Assembly (NCBI GenBank): GCA_965243135.1
Contig: OZ251539.1
Span: 3,328,001 to 3,392,000, forward strand
Reading direction: 5' to 3'
Origin: Alphaproteobacteria bacterium
GTDB lineage: Bacteria; Pseudomonadota; Alphaproteobacteria; MPNO01; UBA830
DNA length: 64,000 nt
Shown: piece after piece, positions 56,760-64,000 of the stretch
Layout of the letters: each line of letters opens with the position of its first letter
Numbering within the stretch: position 1 is the stretch's first letter
Program-made: the position numbers and the translations under genes
The notes under the pieces: generated by a model
The model's input: only the letters and a program-made list of their open reading frames with translations
What the model was told of the DNA's origin: nothing
Database searches by the model: none

Positions 56760-58377
56760 GGGTGCAAATCTGATATGGCTAAATCGAAGATTACATAAAA
56801 CGTTGATTTTCAATGATTATCCAAGCCCGTGTCGCGGCGCTGCGGGGCCGAAATCAGCGATTTCGTGACAAAACGTCGTTCCGGGGGCGGATTTTGTGGG
56901 GGAGTTGGAGAGCAAAAAAAGGAATGCTCCAAGCCGCAAGATGCGGCAGAATGTTGGCACCAACACACAACATCATTCCCATGTCAGCATCACAGCCTTC
57001 GACCGGTTTGTCCATCGATTTCTCGGACCTCCCCGCGACGACCGCCGAGGCGCTTCGGTCAGCCGCAGCCTTCATCTGCAAAGAAATCGAACGACGGGAA
57101 CAGGGTTCCGAGGCGTTCGCCGGTTTCGAGGCTGAGTTAATGGAGCATGCTTTCACGATCTGTCGTGCGGCCGTAGGCGATTACATTGAAGCGCGAGACG
57201 ACGAACAAGGTCCGATTCACCGGGAGGGTCAGGTCTTCTACCGGGCTGCGCCGACGCCAAAAACCACGTTGTTCGGTCCGGTCACGTATTGCCGTTCTCG
57301 GTACCGCGCCCGAAACTCGTCCATCATGCCCGTCGACGAAAGCCTGGGTCTGGTTGACGGTTACCTCACGGTTCCCGCCGCTTACCGCGCTCTCCTGGTC
57401 ATGGACCACTGCACGCCGAGAGACGCGGCCAAACTCTTCGGAAAGCTGGGGGGCATGAACCCGTCGTCGAGCCACCTGCGACGTCTTCTGGTGACGGCGG
57501 GCGATCTCTGGAAGGAGAAGGGCCAAGCGGCTCTGGATGAAATCCGCGAGGCGAAACCGGTGCCGTCGGAAGCGGTTTCCTTCGCTGTCTCGCTCGACGG
57601 CGTGATGGTTGCGCTTCGTCCCGACGAGCACGAAGAAGCGTGCTGGCGCGAAGCGTCCTGCGGTACGATAAGTTTCCATGACGCGGACGGCAATCGCCTG
57701 GAAACACTGTATTTTGCGCAGATGCCGGAAGCCGGCAAGACGACGCTGAAGGCGCAGATCACCGAAGAAGTCGAGCACATCCGGAAAGTGCGGCCCGACC
57801 TTCAGATCGTTGCCGTCGCCGATGCCGCAGCCGACAACTGGACGTTTCTCGAGAAACTTCGACCCGACGAACAGGTGGTCGATTTCTTTCATGCGTGCGA
57901 ACATCTCAGCGACGTTGCCGACCGTCGCGACCGACTGGTACGACAAGTACCGCGCTGTCCTGCGTGACGACGCCAACGGCATCGACAAGGTCATCCGGGC
58001 GATCCGCCATCTTCGCGACAAGGCGACGACAACGACGGCGCTCAAGGATCTCGAACGCGAGCTCAAGTTTTTCCGGAAGCACAAGCGCCGCATGCGCTAT
58101 GCAAGCTTGAATGCTAGGGGCTATGCGATCGGGTCAGGCGTTGTCGAAGCCGCCAACAAAGTTCTGGTAAACCAGCGCATGAAGCGGGCCGGCATGCGTT
58201 GGAGTATGAGGTCAGAACGTCCTCACTTTCAGAGCATTGATAAGATCCGGCCGTTTCGATATAGCATGGCAAGCTATGGTCGGAGTTCCTGCCGCAAATG
58301 ACAATCAGGAAATAACAGTCCTTGCAGCTTGAAAATGTTGCACTTTATGCAATTTTAGCCATATGAGATCCACACCC
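56760..58377 (+). mobile_element. ISKra4-like (IS256 superfamily) insertion sequence, 1618 bp
   Basis: TIRs GGGTGCAAATCTGATATGGCTAAA / GGGTGTGGATCTCATATGGCTAAA (20/24 match); 8-bp TSD CACCGGGA at 56752-56759 and 58378-58385. Confidence 0.9.
56981..58332 (+). pseudogene. ISKra4-like transposase with two frameshifts
   Basis: SLDG, ADAAADNW, DFFHA, GSGVVEAANK...RMKRAGMRW; frameshifts near 57920 and 58208. Confidence 0.85.
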
Positions 58378-59635
58378 CACCGGGATCTCGTACTTGGTAT
58401 CGGCGTGCAACCCGAACCCGAACCACGACTTCACCTTCGTCCAGAGGTTGCCGGTCTTCCCGTCTATGCCGGCGGTCTCGTGCTTCCCCCAGTTGGCGTC
58501 GGGGTCGGAAGTCTTCCCGGTCTTGCGGCTGACCTGCCCCGTCGAGTGGCTGTTCACCGCCTTGCCGTCGTAGCCGAGGTGCTCCCCGAAATCCGGTAAC
58601 TCCGCCGTCAGTTGCTCCCGCAACTCCCGGACCATGCCGCCGACCCAGGGATCCTTGCTCTCGAGCTTGATGGGGGCGCTCAGGAACCGGGAGAAGTTGT
58701 GGCTCCCGGGAACCGTGCTGCGAGGTTCCGGAGACGTCGTCCACCGCTTGCCGTCGTCGTCGACCTTGACCTTCGGCTTGCCCTGGTAGTCGAGCGGGTT
58801 GAAGCCGCACAACGCCAGAAGCGCCGGGTTGCGGTTGAGTTCCCGAATCAGCGACTCGATGGACTCGTGCTGAAGCACGATGTCGGCGACCGTCGCTCGC
58901 CACGCGAACCGGGTAGTCGTCGCGCCCGCGCCCGCGCTGCTCCTCGAGCCGCGCCAGAAGCGCCTCGTCCGGCAGCGCGTCGAGAACCAGCGTCAGGCGC
59001 TGGAGGTCGGGCAGCCTGTCGACATCGGTCCAGGAAAAGAATGTTCTGTCGCCATGGGTACCTCACAGTGTTGTGGGTTGAGATGCTGACAACACTACCC
59101 GTGGCGAACCCCTTTGGCCAGATTTTTTTGCCCGGTGCGGCCGTTTGCCGCAGGGGGCGGCGGCGTCCGGTCGGCCGTGGGGTGGAATCCGCGAAAATCG
59201 CGACCTCGGCGCGGAGAATTCGCAGTTTTCCGTACCCGAGGAAAAAAATTCCGCACCCCTGAAAGCTGTCCGCATTTCAAGACGTTACGAACAGCGCACG
59301 CGGCTCGGACGCGTCGAAGCGCGCTACCGGAAGTCAGCTGTCGCCGCGCTGGAAAGATCCTGCGCGGTCACGCAGAAACGCAGCGGAAAGCCTGCACGGC
59401 CCCGACGATCCGGAGTGCGCATCCGTGGACAAGACCAACCTCGTAATCCGCCGGCGCACGCGCATCCCGGCCGATGTCGCGCAACGCTGGCGGCTTGCGG
59501 CGGCGCAGGGTGTCGCCGTAGCCCACTCGCGCAGCCCCAGCAACCTCGGAGCCCCAACCCACGTCCCCCGGCGCCAAGGCGACGCGAGCGGTTGCCATCA
59601 AGCAACGAAGCGCGGCCGGTCGGCCGACCGTCGCG

Positions 59636-60793
59636 TCAGCCCCCATATTGCCGCAGCACGTGCCGGGCGAGCGCCATCTTCAGGATTTCCGTCGGTCCCT
59701 CGGTGATGACGAAACTTCGCTGGTCGCGCCACATGCGCTCGATCGGGAGATCCGTGGTCAGTCCGAGGCCGCCGTGTATCTGCATGCATTTGTCGGCGGC
59801 CTCGAAAGATTTCGTGTCGCCGAAATACTTCACGAGATAGGCGTCGTAGCGTATGTCCCCGCCCGCGTCGTGCTTCGCCGCCGCGTTGCGGACCATCAGC
59901 CTGAGCATGTGCAGATCGGCGTAGGAATCGACCAGCATCCACTGGACCGCCTGCCGTTCCGAGAGTCTCTCTCCGAAGGTCTCCCGCTGCCGCGCGTAGG
60001 ACGCGCCGAGCTCGAGGCACCTCTCGATGACGCCGACGCCGCGCGCGCCGTGACGGATCCGGCCGGCCCCGATCCAGTTCTGGGCGAACCTGAACCCCTC
60101 TCCCTCGCCGCCGATCATGTTTTCGACCGGGACCCGGACGTCCTCGAACGCGATTTCCCACGGCCGGTCGTGCATCATCGTTTCCTGCTGGCGCAACAGC
60201 TTCACTCCGGGCGTCTTCATATCGACGAGAAACGCCGAGATGCCGCCGCGAGACCCCTTTTCGCGATCCGTCGCCGCGATCACCTGCGCGAAATCCGCCT
60301 CGCCCGCGCCGGTGATGAAGCGCTTCACGCCGTTGATGACGTAGTGGTCTCCGTCGCGCGCCGCCGTCGTCCGCATGCCGCCCGGGTCGCCGCCGGCATC
60401 CGGTTCCGTCTGCGCGAAGCAATGGCGCAACTCGCCCCGCAGAACGGGATGGAGATAACGTTCCTTCTGTTCGTCGTTCAGGTAGTAGAGGATCGGGCTC
60501 ACGATCGGCCCGAATATGTTCGCGTTGCGCGACGGCAGCGCGACCGTGCGCGCCAGCTCCGCCCAAACCACCGTGCGCGCCAGAAGCCCGAGGCCCTGGC
60601 CGCCGTATTCTTCCGGAACGTCGTAAAGCCAGAGACCGACGGCCTTCGCCTTCTCCGCGAGATCCGCATGGATATCGGGGCGAAGCTTCGATCCCTCCAT
60701 GCTCTCCATTTCGATGGGGATCAGTTCGCGGTCCACGAACCGCCGCACGGTCTCCTGAAGCAGACGCAGTTCCTCGGGCAACTGGTGGTCCAT
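59636..60793 (-). CDS. Acyl-CoA dehydrogenase
   Basis: VPEEYGG, FAQTEPDAGGD, NGVKRFIT, QIHGG, ITEGPTEI. Confidence 0.92.
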   Translation of the reverse strand: MDHQLPEELRLLQETVRRFVDRELIPIEMESMEGSKLRPDIHADLAEKAKAVGLWLYDVPEEYGGQGLGLLARTVVWAELARTVALPSRNANIFGPIVSPILYYLNDEQKERYLHPVLRGELRHCFAQTEPDAGGDPGGMRTTAARDGDHYVINGVKRFITGAGEADFAQVIAATDREKGSRGGISAFLVDMKTPGVKLLRQQETMMHDRPWEIAFEDVRVPVENMIGGEGEGFRFAQNWIGAGRIRHGARGVGVIERCLELGASYARQRETFGERLSERQAVQWMLVDSYADLHMLRLMVRNAAAKHDAGGDIRYDAYLVKYFGDTKSFEAADKCMQIHGGLGLTTDLPIERMWRDQRSFVITEGPTEILKMALARHVLRQYGG

Positions 60794-60800
60794 GGTCGGC

Positions 60801-62870
60801 TCATCCTCGCGTTTCGGTCCGCGCGACGGCGCGGATATCGACGGCGCAAGCGCCTTCGCCCCGGGCGCGCAGGACGAGCGGGTTGATTTCGATTTCGGAT
60901 ATCCGGTCGCGCAGGACGGCGTAGGCGTCCGACAACCCGGTCGCGGCGGCGGCAAGGGCGTCGACGTCCCGCGCCGGTTCGCCCCGAAAACCGTCGAATA
61001 GAACCCGCCCGCGCAACTCCGCGATCATTTCCGCGACGTCGCCGCGACCGATCGGCAGCAGTCGGTAGGCGACGTCCCGGATCGCTTCGACGACGACGCC
61101 GCCCAGGCCCAACGCGAGGCAGGGGCCGAACTGAGGATCGTCGACAATCCCGACGATGACCTCCAACCCCGACGCCATCTCCTGGACGAGAAATCCCTCG
61201 ACGCCGGCCGCGGACATCCGCCCCTCCATGCCGCGCGCGGCGGCGACGGCATCCTCGGCCGACGTCACGCCGAGCGCCACCCCGCCGAGTTCGGTCTTGT
61301 GAACGGCCTTCGGCGAGACGATCTTGATCGCCACGGGGAATCCGATTTCCGCGGCGAGTTCGCCCGCTTCCGACGCCGTTCGCGCAACGGCGGATTTCGG
61401 CATGACGATGCCGTGGCCGGCGAGCACGCTTTCGACCGGACTCCCGGTCGCGCCCGCCGACCTGAACGGCGCGGCGGCCCCGCGACGCCGTATCGCGGCA
61501 TGGTCGCCCAACGATTTCAGCGTCCTGGCGACTTCGGGCAAACGCTGGAGAAAGGGTATCCCCGCGGCCTTCTGGAAAGCGCGCCCGACCTCGTTGACGT
61601 TCTGCGACATGCGGTTGTGCGCGAGAACCGGCTTGTCCGTGGAATCGCGGACTCCCAAAAACAGCGCCGGATCGCCTTCGGTTCCCTCGACGAAAGGCAA
61701 CTGCCCCTGCATCGAGATCATGTCCACGTTTTCGTCGGCGGCGACGATCCTGCACACCTCGGCGAAGGCGTCGTACCGGCGCGCAAGGCCGGCGCCTGTG
61801 TCGAGCGGGTTGTCGGGCCGCACTCCGGGATCGATCAACGGTGCCAGTTTCTCCCGGGTCGCGGCCGTGAATTTCGGCAAGGGCAGGCCGATGTCGCTCG
61901 CGTAGTCGCTGAACAGCCCCTTGGCGCCGCCCGAGTAACCGACCATCGCGACGCGCGGCCCGGCCGGCAGGCGCCCCGCCGCGAAAGCGAGCGACGCCTC
62001 GATCATCTCGTCCAGGCTCTCGACGCGGACAATGCCGAATTTGCGGCAGAACGCGTCGAACACCTTGTCGTCGCTCGCCAGAGCTCCCGTATGGCTCGCC
62101 GCCGCCGCCCGGCCTTCCTCGGAGCGGCCCGACTTGAGCATCACCACCGGCTTGCCGGCGTCGAGCGCCCGCCCGGCCGCCGCCATCAGGGCGTCGCCGC
62201 GGCGCACGCCTTCCGCCATGCAGGCGATGACGCGGGTGTGCGGATCGTCCGCCAGAAAATCCACGTAGTCGGCCATGTCGAGGTCGAGCTCGTTGCCGCT
62301 CGACACCGCGCGCGAATAGCCGAGGCCTCGCGCCGCGCCTTGCTCCAGCCAGTACTGGAACGTGCCGCCGGACTGGAACACGACCCCTACCGGGCCGGCG
62401 GGGAGCCTGCGGACTCGCGGCGTCGGGTAGAGCAGCAGCCGGTTCGGAAGCGACAGCGCGCCCATGCAGTTGGGACCGGCGATCCGCAGGCCCGTTTCGG
62501 CGGAAAGCACCCGCAAGGCGTCCGCCCGCGCGGCGCCTGCCGGATCGCCTCCTTCGCCGAAACGCGCCGAGAAGATCAAGGCTCCCCGAAGCCCGGCGGC
62601 GGCGGCTTCCGCGAGAACGGCGGGCACCGAGTCGGCCGGGACGATAACGATCGCCAGATCGATTCGTTCCGGCAGCGAAGCGAAGTCCGGATAGACCTTC
62701 CGCCCCCAAAGCTCGGTCCGGCGCGGGTTGACGAGGTAGACTCGCGCCGGAAAGTTCTCGTGCTCGAGATTTTCGTAGAGCCCTTTGGGCCAGCCCCCTC
62801 CGCCGGTGTCGGAAGCGCCGACGATGGCGATGGCGTCGGGCCGAAAGAGTAGCTCCGGCGACCGGAACAT
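60801..62870 (-). CDS. Acetate--CoA ligase family (ADP-forming acyl-CoA synthetase)
   Basis: IVGAS, GPNCMG, QSGG, SHTGAL, NPLD, HKTELGGV, EINPL. Confidence 0.9.
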   Translation of the reverse strand: MFRSPELLFRPDAIAIVGASDTGGGGWPKGLYENLEHENFPARVYLVNPRRTELWGRKVYPDFASLPERIDLAIVIVPADSVPAVLAEAAAAGLRGALIFSARFGEGGDPAGAARADALRVLSAETGLRIAGPNCMGALSLPNRLLLYPTPRVRRLPAGPVGVVFQSGGTFQYWLEQGAARGLGYSRAVSSGNELDLDMADYVDFLADDPHTRVIACMAEGVRRGDALMAAAGRALDAGKPVVMLKSGRSEEGRAAAASHTGALASDDKVFDAFCRKFGIVRVESLDEMIEASLAFAAGRLPAGPRVAMVGYSGGAKGLFSDYASDIGLPLPKFTAATREKLAPLIDPGVRPDNPLDTGAGLARRYDAFAEVCRIVAADENVDMISMQGQLPFVEGTEGDPALFLGVRDSTDKPVLAHNRMSQNVNEVGRAFQKAAGIPFLQRLPEVARTLKSLGDHAAIRRRGAAAPFRSAGATGSPVESVLAGHGIVMPKSAVARTASEAGELAAEIGFPVAIKIVSPKAVHKTELGGVALGVTSAEDAVAAARGMEGRMSAAGVEGFLVQEMASGLEVIVGIVDDPQFGPCLALGLGGVVVEAIRDVAYRLLPIGRGDVAEMIAELRGRVLFDGFRGEPARDVDALAAAATGLSDAYAVLRDRISEIEINPLVLRARGEGACAVDIRAVARTETRG

Positions 62871-63063
62871 GTCCGTTCCCCTGTGACAGATCGTGGCCCG
62901 ACGGGCGAACCGAGTATTTCCGGGCCGGGCGGCGCGGTCAATGGCCGGCGCGGCGCCGGTTGCCGCTCGACCGCGCCATGCCTATGATCGTTCGCGCTAA
63001 CTTCCCGCGGTCGGCGTCGAGTTCGGCCGGCGACGCGCGAGGCGGCCCGGGGAGGCGAAAAGG

Positions 63064-64000
63064 ATGCTGGCCAGTTTCGCGATCGAGAATTTCAAGAGCT
63101 ACCGCGACGCGACGCTGAAACTGGCGCCGTTGACCGTCCTGATCGGTGCCAACGCCTCCGGCAAGAGCAACGCCGTCGAAGCCCTGCGCCTTCTGTCGCG
63201 GATCGCTCAAGGCGGCAGACTCGGCCGCCATGAGGTGCAGGCCGGAGACCGCGCGATGCGCGGAGCGATCGAAGATTTAGGTTTCCGCCGCGCTCCTTCC
63301 TTCAAGCTTTCGTGCCGCGCCGTCGAATCGGAGTGGGAGCGCTACTCTATCCGCCTCGAAAGACTGAACGACGGCGAACTCCGCATCGTCGAAGAAGAAC
63401 TCGTCCCGAATAGCGGGGGTTTCCCCTTCTTCCGTGTCGCGTCGTCGTCCGAAGCCGGCGACGACATGCGTGTCGCTTACGACAATTTCAAGCGCGGCGG
63501 CAAGAAACCGCAGGTGACCTGCAACGACCGGATCGCGGCTCTGGTGCAACTGCAGAGCCCGGCGCGCTTCGCCCACGGCCACAAAAAGGCGCAAAGGACG
63601 ATCCCGAAAGCCGCGGCGCAATGCCAGCAATCGTTGTCCGATGTCGTTTTTCTGCAGCCGCAGCCAACGAACATGCGGGGCTACTGCTTCACGAACGAAC
63701 GGACGCTGGCGGGAAACGGCGCTAACCTGTCGGGCGTTCTGTTCAATCTCTGCAAGAATGGCGAATCCAAAGACCGACTCCTCGAGTTCGTAGCGGCCCT
63801 GCCGGAACGGAACGTCGTCGAAATCGACTTCTCCAAGACCGAACGCGGCGAGGTCATGGTCAAGCTCGTGGAGACATTCGGCGCGAGAAAAGCGGACTAT
63901 GACGCCACGCTGCTCTCCGACGGCACGCTCCGCGTTCTTGCGATTGCCGCCGCCGCGCTGTCGGCGCCGGAAGAAAGCCTGCTCGTGATCGAGGAAATCG
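63064..64000 (+). CDS. AAA_21/ABC-type ATPase (AbiEii/OLD-like); 3' end runs off the window
   Basis: Manual translation: IENFKSY, LIGANASGKSN, LSDGTLR, LLVIEEI. Confidence 0.85.
   Translation, partial: MLASFAIENFKSYRDATLKLAPLTVLIGANASGKSNAVEALRLLSRIAQGGRLGRHEVQAGDRAMRGAIEDLGFRRAPSFKLSCRAVESEWERYSIRLERLNDGELRIVEEELVPNSGGFPFFRVASSSEAGDDMRVAYDNFKRGGKKPQVTCNDRIAALVQLQSPARFAHGHKKAQRTIPKAAAQCQQSLSDVVFLQPQPTNMRGYCFTNERTLAGNGANLSGVLFNLCKNGESKDRLLEFVAALPERNVVEIDFSKTERGEVMVKLVETFGARKADYDATLLSDGTLRVLAIAAAALSAPEESLLVIEEI

Larger units (their letters stand above)
56021..59055 (-). pseudogene. DDE transposase (IS5/IS1182-like), frameshifted and interrupted by a second IS
   Basis: Fragments SWTDVDRLPDLQRL..LDALPDE, GRGRDDYPVR, IESLIRELNRN, YDGK, KSWFGFGLH, YEIPV|AFSVT, SADRGLD; the frame rejoins across the inner IS. 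Confidence 0.8.

Noticed and set aside
1-64000. CRISPR array, rRNA or prophage
   Set aside because: No regularly spaced repeats, cas genes, rRNA-like sequence or phage structural genes were seen.

Overview
GC-rich bacterial chromosome segment, most likely alphaproteobacterial (suhB/MmgR-type sRNA, tRNA-Val next to an N-formylglutamate amidohydrolase gene, hydroxycinnamoyl-CoA lyase, TTT transporter). Most of the window is catabolic and transport genes. The key region is a defence island at about 4.3-19.8 kb. It holds a translationally coupled minus-strand operon: PAPS-reductase/PP-loop protein, IscS/DndA-type cysteine desulfurase, GHKL ATPase and two uncharacterised proteins, followed by a DUF262/HNH (GmrSD/SspE-like) nuclease. 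The operon has a consensus leaderless sigma70 promoter and a 19-nt homopolymer in its first gene. An SBD-HNH (phosphorothioate-reader-like) nuclease lies upstream, and a second diverged copy of the two uncharacterised genes lies downstream. The gene set does not match Dnd, Ssp, Tdp or BREX type 4, so it is a candidate new sulfur-based DNA-modification/defence system (inference, untested). Other accessory items are a low-GC NYN nuclease + NACHT-like NTPase cassette, an AlbA/degenerate-ParA pair, a Fic gene, and an ISKra4-like IS with exact 8-bp target duplications nested inside another decayed IS. All family calls come from reading motifs by eye; no database searches were run.
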